64,000 bases of DNA from Chrysomallon squamiferum (taxonomy: Eukaryota; Animalia; Mollusca), in the NCBI GenBank assembly GCA_012295275.1, contig CM022670.1:11904001-11968000 (forward strand), given 5' to 3'. Shown here in pieces: positions 48,801 through 60,278 of this stretch. The translations under genes and the position numbers were made by a program. How positions within the stretch are numbered: position 1 is the first letter of the stretch; every line of letters starts with the position of its first letter. The notes under the pieces were generated by a model. It saw nothing but the letters and a program-made list of their open reading frames with translations, was not told where the DNA came from and did not search any database.

Positions 48801-49480
48801 CTTATTTTTAAAAATATTTTATTTGTATTTTTATTCTATTTTTATTTTTTATTTTTTATTATTTTTTTATTTCTTCTTGTTTTTGTTTTTATTACAGTGC
48901 TGATGAATTTTTTTTTAAGTTTAACATTTTATCCAAGAAACAGAAAAAATGTTGTTTGTTTTCCTTTGTCAGAGCAGGGCAAGCATAACTAACCAATAAA
49001 AATGATTACAAATTTAAACTGACATCAATCAATTCTCCATAATTCAGTGTCATTCTCTTTTTATTTTCTGTTTAATCACATCCATTCGAAACCTAGCTAG
49101 AAGGCATAATAATCATAAATATTTCTAAAAAAAAAAAATATAAAAAATAAAAAAAAAAAAAATTATAAATCTCTGCATTTTTCCTTGGTCTGATTTGGTT
49201 TAATGTTTCGTCATGAATAATACCCTCGTAAAAAAAAATAAAAAAAATTCTGTAATTAGTTTTGATCGAGAAGCAGAGTGGTAATCAGTTTACATCTTAA
49301 TAGTTTTCTTCTGCCGTGCCAACTTGTTTGATTTTGCCTCCAATCAATAATCTAACTTTGTGTTGACAGGGGATATTTGACCTGCGTATGGAAGTCGCTC
49401 ACAATCTCTCCGTCATCTACCAGGCCAGTGGGTCCACAGACCTGGCTCGCATGCTGATTGAACAGTACTGTGTCTTGTGA
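34148..49480 (+). CDS. GTF3C3: General transcription factor 3C polypeptide 3 (TFIIIC102/tau131, TPR protein), 929 aa, 25 exons
   Basis: Exons: 34148-34240, 34899-35082, 35508-35726, 35924-35970, 36237-36357, 36732-36808, 37176-37290, 37724-37890, 38241-38328, 38697-38755, 39207-39319, 39843-39930, 40361-40507, 40706-40886, 41145-41306, 41614-41697, 42122-42204, 42650-42754, 43308-43394, 43925-44023, 44588-44663, 45126-45250, 45609-45696, 46013-46083, 49370-49480 = 2790 nt, all in phase. Intron 2 is GC-AG, the rest GT-AG. Motifs: YLTGKISFQEF, GLMGEANLKLARG, LPIDLLVKLIVC, GDLYLDVAEAFMD, NGHNSLICGTYKHSLGEY, YYNIGRALHQLGL, FDLRMEVAHNLSVIYQASG. Confidence 0.96.
35310..35369. repeat. Near-perfect 30-bp tandem duplication in GTF3C3 intron 2
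   Basis: ttgtaggaaggcaaatatttaaataaaaga occurs twice back to back. Confidence 0.9.
39392..39601. mobile_element. 210-bp Tc1/mariner-type MITE in GTF3C3 intron 11
   Basis: 21-bp terminal inverted repeats caaataccagatcatttatct / agataaatgatctggaacctg (3 mismatches, inner 15 bp perfect), flanked by TA on both sides (39390-91, 39602-03). Confidence 0.65.
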
Positions 49481-49742
49481 GGTAAGAAGTACACATTGTC
49501 TGTGTGTCTGTCGTGTCTGTTTGTGGTCTGTGGTCTGTGGTTTGAGTACATGTGGATAGGGGTGTTACGTTTGTGTGGTTTTCAAAATGTTTCAAGATAT
49601 CTTTGGGTTATATAATATTACATGTAGTTTGCATGTGTGTGTAGATAAACCACCAGTATTTATGTTTGTGTTGGAATTTGTTTGTAGGTGTCTGTGTGTG
49701 CATCTTTACAAATGTGTGTTGGTGTATTATTGTAAGTTTTGA

Positions 49743-49776
<34 letters not shown>

Positions 49777-49954
49777 CAGAGTATGTTTATGTGTTGGGTG
49801 TGTTATGTGTATCTGTTTATAGAGATATTTAAGGTAACATATTTTAGAAAAAATTGTTTTCTATAATGTGCTGTCTTCTACCAGTTCACATAATACTGCA
49901 GTTGTTAAATTTTTCATAGAAGACTAAAACGAAAACCCACTGAAAATATTAGGA

Positions 49955-50190
49955 CTGAATTTTTTTTTAATATTTAAGATTTAAAAACTCACAACTGAAT
50001 TCTTTATTTTTAATCTTTAATATTTAAAATATCACAACTGAATTCTTTTTTTTAATGTTTAATATTTAAAATATCACAACTGAATTCTTTATTTTTAATC
50101 TTTAATATTTAAAATATAACTGAATTCTTTTTTTTTTAATATTTAATATTTAAAATATCACAACTGAATTCATTTTTTCATCTTTAATAT
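49955..50190. repeat. ~40-bp AT-rich tandem repeat, 5-6 copies
   Basis: The unit tttaaaatatcacaactgaattctttatttttaatctttaata recurs with small variations. Confidence 0.85.
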
Positions 50191-50283
50191 TTATTACTAC
50201 AGCCTCTGCTGCTATTGCCACAACACTGTTATTACCATAATTACTACTAAAGGATCTACTGTTACTACTACTGATGTTACTAT

Positions 50284-50315
<32 letters not shown>

Positions 50316-50907
50316 TTATTACTACTATGACTGTTACTACTATCGCTACTACTGTTACTGTCAACTATCACTATGATTTATACTTATTTCTAGCATTATA
50401 TTACTACTACTACTACTACTACTACCACCAGTACTATTACTACTCCTACCACCACTACTACAACTATGACAATCACTATAATTATTAGTAAACTACTAAT
50501 GGTACTACTATTACTAATGTGCTTATTTTTAGGAAAGTAACAAAATATCTGTTAAACATTTTCAGTGAAAAAAGCAAGTTGGAACTGAAAACCAATTACC
50601 TGAAGAAAAAAAAAACATGGTTTTATTTTTAGAGATTAATAAAGAAAATTAAGAGACTCGAATAAAATAAAAAAGAAAAGGAAAAACTTTATATCCATTT
50701 CAGATACAAAAAAAGAGAAAAAAACAAAAACATTAAAAAAATTGACAAACAGTTGATATTAAAAGATTGGAAATAAGAAAGAAAAAAAATAAATTAGATG
50801 TAAAAATGTAGGGAAAAAGAAAATCAATGCAGTTCCTGATTGAGGATAGATTAATGGAAAAAAGAAAACTGAAACCAAAAATAAAAACATTCTGAATGAG
50901 TATTAGA

Positions 50908-51072
50908 AAGATTAATGACTTTAGAAGAATATGAGAATAAACAGTAATACAGTTTCTGACTAAAAATAGATTAATGAGAAATGATTAAAAAAACCAAAAA
51001 CGGGAAAATGATATATATATATATATATATATTTTTTGTTTTGAATGTTTTATTTTTTAAATATTTTCAAAC

Positions 51073-51123
<51 letters not shown>

Positions 51124-51323
51124 TCATTTTTTCTTCAAAATTTTATTTTTTAAAATATTTTCATATATATATCTAAAGTTTGAAAATATTTAAAAAAATA
51201 AAATATATATATATATATATAATTTTCCCTTTTTTTTTTTTTTAAATTATTACTCATTAATCTATTTTTAGTCAGAAACTGTGTTACTATTTACTCTCAT
51301 ATTCTTCAAATGTTATTAATCTT
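50908..51323. repeat. Long imperfect inverted repeat (fold-back) around a (TA)n core
   Basis: Left arm agattaatgactttagaagaatatgagaataaacagtaatacagtttctgactaaaaatagattaatgag matches the reverse complement of ctcattaatctatttttagtcagaaactgtgttactatttactctcatattcttcaaatgttattaatct. Pairing continues inward (gggaaaat/attttccc, aaatattttcaaactt/aagtttgaaaatattt). Confidence 0.88.
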
Positions 51324-52022
51324 AAGGTTAGGGTTACAGTTAATATATATATATATAAAAATTTGAAGAAAAATATTAATGAAAGATTGTGTAAAGGAAA
51401 AATGTTTGACCTTTTTCAGAAATATTTAAAAAATGTTTCGAAGTTAATTTGATTCTATTCACATAGTGTCCTGCTGTCTTATTATTTTAATTTTTTAATT
51501 TATTTTTTGTCATCGTAAATTAGAAACATATACAATCTGTTCTTCTTTGTTTCCTTTATTATTTTCATTTTTATTTACCTCTTTATGCTGCTTTCATTTT
51601 TTTTTTCTTTCTTTCTTTCTTTTCTTTCTTTCCTTCATTGACTCGTAAAGTAAAATTTGTTGTAACTGAAAGTGGATTTCAAGAAACACTTGTGGGTTAA
51701 CCTTCCAATTATTTCAGAAACCATGACAAATTATTTTGCCTTAGCGTTGCTGTTGTTACTCGAAGCAGAGACATCTCACTTTAGCCACATTAATGCTAAG
51801 GCTTTTAGCCAAGTGTTGTGAATTCCGAATCCAGTTTCATGTATAATCAATCTGATATTGATTATTAACTGAAGATTGTTTGCCATTCCTGTCCTTGGTT
51901 CTGACAATCTTTGTGAGTAGTTTTTTTTTTTTTTTTTGCTTCCATCAAGGACTTGGATAGAGGTAACATTGGGAAACACAGAGGGAGAGAGAGAGAGTGG
52001 AGTAGAGAGGTGGCTAGCGTGA

Positions 52023-53695
52023 AAGTGTGATAAAGATATAATTATAGAGAGTGTGATAAAGATACGATTATAGAGAGTGTGATAAACATATGATTATAGA
52101 GAGTGTGATAAAGACATGATTATAGAGAGTGTGATAAAGATATGATTATAGAGAGTGTGATAAAGACATGATTATAGAGAGTGTGATAAAGATATGATTA
52201 TACAGAGTGTGGTAAAGACATGATTATAGAGTATGATAAAAACATGATTATTGAGTGTGATAAAGACATGATTATAGAGTGTGATAGAGACATGATTATA
52301 GAGTGTGATAAAGACATGATTATAGAGTGTGATAGAGATATGATTATAGAGAGTGTGATAAAGACATGATTATAGAGTGTGATAAAGACATGATTATAGA
52401 GTGTGATAGAGACATGATTATAGAGTGTGATAGAGATATGATTATAGAGAGTGTGATAAAGACATGATTATAGAGTGTGATATAGATATGATTATAGAGA
52501 GTGTGATAAAGACATAATTATAGAGAGTGACAAATACATGATTATAGAGTGATAGAGAAATGATTATGGAGAGTGTGATAAAGATATGATTATAGAGTGT
52601 GATAAAGATATGATTATAGAATGTGACAAAGATATGATTATAGAGTGTGATAAAGATATGATTATAGAGTGTGACAAAGATATGATTATAGAGTGTGATA
52701 AAGATATGATTATAGAGTGTGATAGAGATATGATTATAGAGTGTGATAAAGATAAGATTATAGAGAGTGTGATAAAGACATGATTATAGAGTGTGATAAA
52801 GACATGATTATAGAGTGTGATAAAGACATGATTATAGAGTGTGATAAAGATAAGATTATAGAGAGTGTGACAAATACATGATTATAGAGAGTGTGATAAA
52901 GACATGATTATAGAGTGTGATAGAGATATGATTATGGAGAGTGTGATAAAGACATGATTATAGAGTGTGATAAAGATAAGATTATAGAGTGTGATAAAGA
53001 TAAGATTATAGAGTGTGATAAAGACATGATTATAGAGTGTGATAAAGACATGATTATAGAGTGTGATAAAGATATGATTATAGAGTGTGATAAAGACATG
53101 ATTATGATTATAGATTATGGAGAGTGTGATAAAGATAAGATTATAGAATAAAGACATGATTATAGAGTGTGATAAAGATAAGATTATAGAGAGTGTGATT
53201 ATAGAGTGTGATAAAGACATGATTATAGAGTGTGATAGAGATATGATTATGGAGAGTGTGATAAAGATATGATTATAGAGTGTGACAAAGATGATTATAG
53301 AGTGTGATAAAGATATGATTATAGAGTTTGATAAAGACATGATTACAGAGTGTGATAAAGACATGATTATAGAGTGTGATAAAGATAAGATTATAGAGAG
53401 TGTGATAAAGACATGATTATAGAGAGTGTGATAAAGACATGATTATAGAGTGTGATAAAGATATGATTATAGAGAGTGTGATAAAGACATGATTAAAGAG
53501 TGTGATAAAGACATGATTATAGAGTGTGATAGAGATATGATTATGGAGAGTGTGATAAAGATATGATTATAGAGTGTGATAAAGATATGATTATAGAGTG
53601 TGATAAAGACATGATTATAGAGTGTGATAAAGATATGATTATAGAGTGTGATAAAGATAAGATTATAGAGAGTGATAAAAATATGATTATGGAGA
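52023..53695. repeat. 1.7-kb minisatellite, 24-bp unit gtgtgataaagacatgattataga with 26-bp (+ga) variants, roughly 65-70 copies
   Basis: Direct reading; the 8-codon period is visible in the spurious MIIECDKD ORFs. Confidence 0.97.
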
Positions 53696-56240
53696 GGTTG
53701 TAATAGAGTATTAGCATTGGTAGCTTACATTTATTTACTGTGAAAACCAGTGACTAGGATATGTGTACGTAACCTAATTGTGAGTTAATTCCAGAACAGT
53801 TCAAACTAGGATTTAACACACATTATAATGATATATATTGCAATAGCTTTATTTACTTACAAGTATCTTGTAGTCAGTATCTTTGTTTTGGTTACCTTGG
53901 TAGTGCTATTATTCTGCTTAAATCCACATCAGAATGTAACGTGAGACACTATTTACTTTAGGTGGTTGGTTTAGATTTTTATTTATATTGGAATATTCTG
54001 TTAAAATTAAGTTAAAATTAGTGTACTCTTTACTGATAGAAAGGTTTCACAGAAAGAAGATAATCCTTATCATTTCTATTTGTTTTTTGTTTGTTTGTTT
54101 GTTTGTTTGTTTATTTATTTCAGTATTTTCTTTAATTTTAATATTTGCACTTTTAATTATTGTTGTTGCTATTGTACAATTCAGTATTTTTAATTGTTTT
54201 CTTTAATTTACTGCTTCATTTTCTTATTTCATGTCATTATTGTCATTTCCATTATTTAGAAATTGTTACTTTTATATATATTTTCTCATAACAGTTTAAA
54301 TAAATAAATAAATAAATAAAAAATAAAAATAATAGTGAATAAATAAACAACAACCACAGCAGCAGCAACCATAATAATAAAATAAATACATAAATAAATA
54401 AATAAAAAATAAATACATAAATAAAATAAAATAAAAAGATCATCTCAGTTTAAAATTGGTTTGGCCTTAAGTAACAAACAAACAAACAAACCTTTTGCGT
54501 GGCCTAAGCTGTCAGGTTCTTGTAGTACAGCTTATTTCCTCTGCTGGTCGTCTTCTGCTGAAGATTACACTGTTCTAGTGGTCAGTATTGCCTTCATTAA
54601 TCTGCTGGACTTTGCCGTGGCCATCTCTTGGACTCTAAGACACCCAGGGAATTCTGAGATGGATGGGTTTTTGTGAGGCAAAACGAGCTTTGGTGAGAAA
54701 CTGAATTTAAGAGTGAACATGAGTGAAGGAAAAATATTGTGGGTTTAATTTCACCGTGTAATTCTCTGTAGACTGCTAACAGACAACAATACACAGTTTT
54801 ACATGTGTCTGTGTGTCTGTTATTCTCTACAGATTGCCTGAATAATGAGGTAAATTTAAAAAAAAAAAAATTGTTTTTAAAAGTTACTATAGTTACAGTT
54901 GTATACATTCCTTTCTGCTTTTGTTTATGATTTTACACTTATGGGTTGAGTGTTGTGTATAGTTAAGTTACTTAACACACTTACTTACCTTTGGTCAGAG
55001 TTGTCTATTGGGTGAAGGGAGTAATAGAACTGGGAATATGTCATTAATAGTAGTTTAGCAATTATAAAAATAGGATTAGTGAAAATTGTAGAAATAGTAA
55101 TAGTGGTAGTAATAGTAGTAGTAGTAGAAGTAGTAGTTATTGTTGTAATAGCTGTAGTAATAATGGTATTAATATGTTTAACAGTAGTAGTAATAATAAT
55201 AATAATTTCAGTTGTATAATATTATTTTTATTTCACTAATACAATATAAAATACTCTTTCTTCACTAATGCTTTCCTTTTTGTTTCTTTTTCTTTTCTTT
55301 TTCTACTTTTTTTTTTTTTTTTTTTTTTTTTTTGGATATTATATTTTCAGGTTAGTTTCATCAATAACTATTTTACTGACATTATGTTAACTTAGAGATA
55401 TTCCAGTAGTGAATATTTGCTTTGTGGTGGGTTTTTTTAAGTAAACAGTTGATTGTTATTTATATTCTAATCTTTTTTTTTTTCTTTTTCTTCTTTTTTC
55501 TCTTCTCTTATCCTTGTTCAGTACATTCCCAGTTCAAAAGTAGGTCAGTTTTGTAATATCATTTGTGACAGGCCATCAAGAAATGGACAAAAAGTGCATT
55601 TTAAAAAATCATTTTAGATGTTAGTTTCAAAATCTAAATTAAATCAAGTTTTACTACTGTTAGCATTATTTAGAAGGAAGATGTTATATATTAAAATGAA
55701 CAGGTGGCAGTGTATTTTGAATGTTTGAGAGTTACGTTTATAAATATTTATGTGCACATGTTGTTTATATATCATATTTATAGGTATATTTAATTTATTT
55801 ATCATATTCCATGTGCATTAAAGAATAAACATATACATTTTTTAATACTATTTTTGGAATTCAAAATGTAACATAATGGCTATTAAAGGAAGGAATAGAA
55901 TAAGAGAAGAAGAAGAAAAAAAAAAAGAGTACAAATTAGCATAGTTTTTTTTTAATTATGTAGTAACTCTTGAGTGACTTTTTGTACCTTTGATAGAAAC
56001 AGGTCACATTTGTAAAGTGTGACTTTAGCTATTGGTTTCAGTGTCTTTGTATGTGTCTTTTACACCGCTAAACAGTTTCTTTTATACAATATGTCACTGC
56101 ATACAAAGTGCTCATTACCTGCCAACTGGTGACATTCTGACATAACAAATAACCAAACAGTAAATAAATAAATAAATAAATAAAAGGTAATATGAAGAAC
56201 AATATATATATAAAAAAAAAATGCTTTATATATGCAAGAT

Positions 56241-56275
<35 letters not shown>

Positions 56276-59200
56276 TGGTTTTCAGTATAATACAAAGCAC
56301 ATTTAAATAAAACATGTTGTCTGTTTTGTATGAATTTATTGCATGTGTACAAAACATTTACTTGCTGTGTATATTTGCATAGCCTATGGAATATTCAAGT
56401 CTGTTGAACTTATTCTCTGTGTTTGTGTTTGTGAGTGGGTGGGTGTCTTCTTTCAGAGGTATAGTTAAGTATAAAATGCACGTTATTTTTTTAAAATGCT
56501 GATAAATGAATTTACCTTGCCAGATAAGTACCAGATGATTAAGTACCTTCAATAATAATAATAATAATAATAATGTGATTTAAAAAAAAATACAGTAATA
56601 CTATATATGTTTTTAATTTCAATGTAATCCACCATTGAAAGAAAAATATTAAAAATATTTAGTGTGAGTGAAAACTACTTTCTAAAAGTAAATTTAATAT
56701 TTGTGAAATTTAAGAGAAACTGTGTTATTCATTTGATTTGATTTTATTTTTTTATTTTATTTTATTTTATTTTATTTTATTTTATTTTATTTTGTTTTGT
56801 TTTATTTTATTTTATTTTATTTATTTTATTTTATTATCAATTTATTTATTTTAAAAAAATGTTTTTACTTAATTTTCAGTATATATAAAGTGTATTCATT
56901 AAAATATGTAATGTTATTTGTTACTACCACCAGCAGTCTGTACTACTGCCATTACTTGTGCAGTAAAACTTACTATTTCTGGTTTTATAACCACTGGTAT
57001 GATCCTACTTCTTGTACTTTTACTGCTACAAAATTTATTACAGTTGTTATCATTATCAATTCTATCTGTTACCACTACTGTTACATCTACTATTACATCT
57101 GCTGTTACTCTGATTACAGCTGCTACAATAACAACACAACATAACACTACTACTGTATCTACGATTGCTGCTACCCCTACTATTTTTTTCTATTGTCAAA
57201 CAGAATTTTCTTCATAATGGATGGATACAACAAGAATACACAAAAATGTTATATAACTGAATTAAACATCTTTATGATATTATTTACTTTTTTTTTTTTA
57301 AATTATTCTTATTTGTTTATTTATTTATATAATTTTAAAAGTTTTTAAAAACATTTTTAAGCTGTTTTTTTTATTTTATTTTTTTTATTCTCATTTATAT
57401 ATAATCATTAAGCTTGAAGAGAGACATTCTCAGTTTAGTAGATTGGGGCTGCATATAGAAATTCACATTTCCAAGCTCTTTCATTAAAAGAAAAGAAATC
57501 TCTTCCATCAAAAAGGAAATGAAAAAGATAATTAATTCCAAAGAAAGAATGGAAAAGGAAAAAGCAAAAAAAAAAAAAAAAGAAGAAAAAAGAAAAACAA
57601 ATGTCTTTTTTTCTTCTCACCTTCACTTTATTTACAGAAAATAGAAAAACAGAACAAAGCAAAATAGTGGAAGCAGGTTTAGAAAAAGATTCAGCAGGAA
57701 AACAAAAGTAAACAGTGTTTCTCAGAATAGATTCTTACTCAGATCTTGATGTAGTTTCAACAAGTTGATTAACTCAGTAGTTACGTTGCAGAATGTTTGG
57801 CATTCTGGTTTCTTTTGTGAGCTATGAAAGGAAAAAGAAGAAATGTTTCAACTTTCATTTGCTGGGTATGTTTTTTTTAAACAGATGAGTGTAGAACTAG
57901 GTATTTACTTTGATAATGTTTATCACTGTGTGTGTGTGTCTGTTGTATTGTGTTGTAGTTAAAGACAGTATTGATTTTGTATTTGTATTTGACAAATATC
58001 ACATTTATATTTATTTAGTTTACTTACTTATTATTTTTTGTACATTTGTTTATTAATATTATTATTTCATTTATTTTGTTTTGTATGTGTTTGTGTATGT
58101 GTACGTTTGTTGTGTTCAATGAATTTTTAAATTTCTTTATTATTATTCTTATGCTTTTTTTTTTTATTTTTTTTTTTTTTTTTTTTGTGTGTATGTGTGT
58201 GAATGGTGCTGTGTTCAGTGACTTCTTTCTCAAATTAATCTTTAGGTAAAATGGCTTGAATCCAGGTTTACAGTTTAAAACGACTGTATTTATTTAGTGT
58301 AAATTTTATTTTATTTGATATTTGACAATTATCACCTTTATATTTATTTAGTTTTGAGTCAGTTTTTGTAATTTTTTTTTTTTTTCTTTATTACCTTTTT
58401 TTTTTTTTTAAATTGGTTTGTTATTATTTTATTTATTTAGGATATATTTTTCACATTGTTCCTTTCATTTCGATTTTATTTTATTTCTTTCCATTTGGTT
58501 TAGTTTAGTCCAGATAGCTTGTTAAAGATTAATAATAAAATTAACTAATAAACTACTAAGATAAAATAAAAGGAAAGTTAAGAGTGGATTAGAATGTCAT
58601 TTCAGAGTATTTGTTGGTGTGCCAACTCTTTTAATTAAAAACAAATTGTTAATAATGTTTATCAGGGTTTGAAGTTAGGGGAGTGGGTCTAATTTTGACT
58701 GATGTCAATTTAATAATATTACTTTTAATCATGTTTTTGTGTAGTTTTTATTTTACTAATTGTAGTTTCTTGATCTTCTTTTTTTTCTTTCTTTCTTTGT
58801 TTCTATGATTAGGAGTGGTGGTGTGACTTTTTTTGTTTGTTTAATTATTTTATTAGTTCTTTGTGTGTGTTAGTGTGTCTTTTCAAAAATTTAATTTCTA
58901 TTATATTTGGAAAAATAAATATAATGGAATATTTATAATTTAAATTAAAAAAAAAGGATTCATATTTTGAATACAGTACAAAACATATGCCTGCATAACA
59001 TTGTATTTTAGAAGAATTTTATATGTAAGTGTGTATGTATATTTGTTGTTTATGTGTGTGTTTGATTATTATGTTGACTTTAGCAGGCATTTATCATTCA
59101 CTGACAAACAAAATTTAATTCTACCTCTGAGCAGAAAATATGAATTAAGTGAAACATGGGAATATTTAGTATAATTATAAAAAATGTAAAAAATGAAAAA

Positions 59201-60233
59201 ATTACAACATTACTGTACTTTGAACTTACAATATACAAGTTTAAACTAATCAATCAGTGCAAGGTGTAACTATAAAAGAGAAAATTCCGTAAATAAAAAG
59301 ATTACCATGACTTTAATGTTATTTGAACTTATTACTTGAGTTCACATTAGTTTAGAGGTTTAGTCTACAAATTATGATGGGATTTTCTGGTCATGGAGTC
59401 CATTAGAGAGATGGATGGAATAGCTTTTCACTTGAAGTTAATTAGCAGAGAAAAGTTGTTGTTTTTTTTTATCATAGATAACTCTATGTAAGTTTCTGAG
59501 TTTAATAAACATTTAAATTTGGTAAAAAGAATTAAAAAAAAAAATAAAAAAATAAATAAAGGTGTTTGACTTGATAGACTGAAAAGCCATTTTACTAGAA
59601 GTTCATTTGCCACATTTATTAATTTGTATCTGGATTCCACTGATTGCAAGAAATCCATATATCATATTAATTATAAACCTATTTATTATACCTTCAGTAT
59701 TTCAAGTAAAATATTTACTATTTCATAGACTTTAATTATTTATTTATTTATTTATTTATTATTATTATTATTATTAATGAGAACAACATGGCTACCTTTT
59801 GTTATGTCAGTTAGCAGCAAGCATTCTTTTTCATGAATATATTAATTTTTACACAAGCATTGAAAGCATAACTTAAATTTTCGAGATAAAGTTAATAAGA
59901 CTCAGAGAAAGCTGAATAAAACTGATAATGACAGAATTTCTCCATCTTTATGACAACAACAGTATTTTCATTCTAATCACATGTTATTATATATATATTT
60001 TTTTTTAATTTGAATTATTTCATTGAATTCTGAAAGAAAAAGAAAAATAAAGATTATCCTCTTGAGTATCTTTTATGACACTTTTATAACACTGAGTTCA
60101 CTGAAATACAATAAAAAATAAATTAAAAAAATCCATTGTATGTAGTAATTTAATGTTTATTTGGCCTTGTTTTGTGGCTGGATAATGGAAAGGTTAACTA
60201 ACATACATCCAGAAGAAAGAAAATAAATAAATA

Positions 60234-60278
<45 letters not shown>

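Noticed and set aside
51325-51340. Interstitial telomeric repeat
   Set aside because: Fewer than two full TTAGGG units; compatible with chance.
52023-53695. CRISPR-like array or MIIECDKD repeat protein
   Set aside because: Units are contiguous with no unique spacers, the context is eukaryotic with no cas genes, and 26-bp variants break the frame.
54461-54908. Higher-complexity patch with short ORFs (also ~63060-63420)
   Set aside because: No recognisable protein motif or phase-consistent exon chain found; could be UTR or old repeat, and a database search would be needed.
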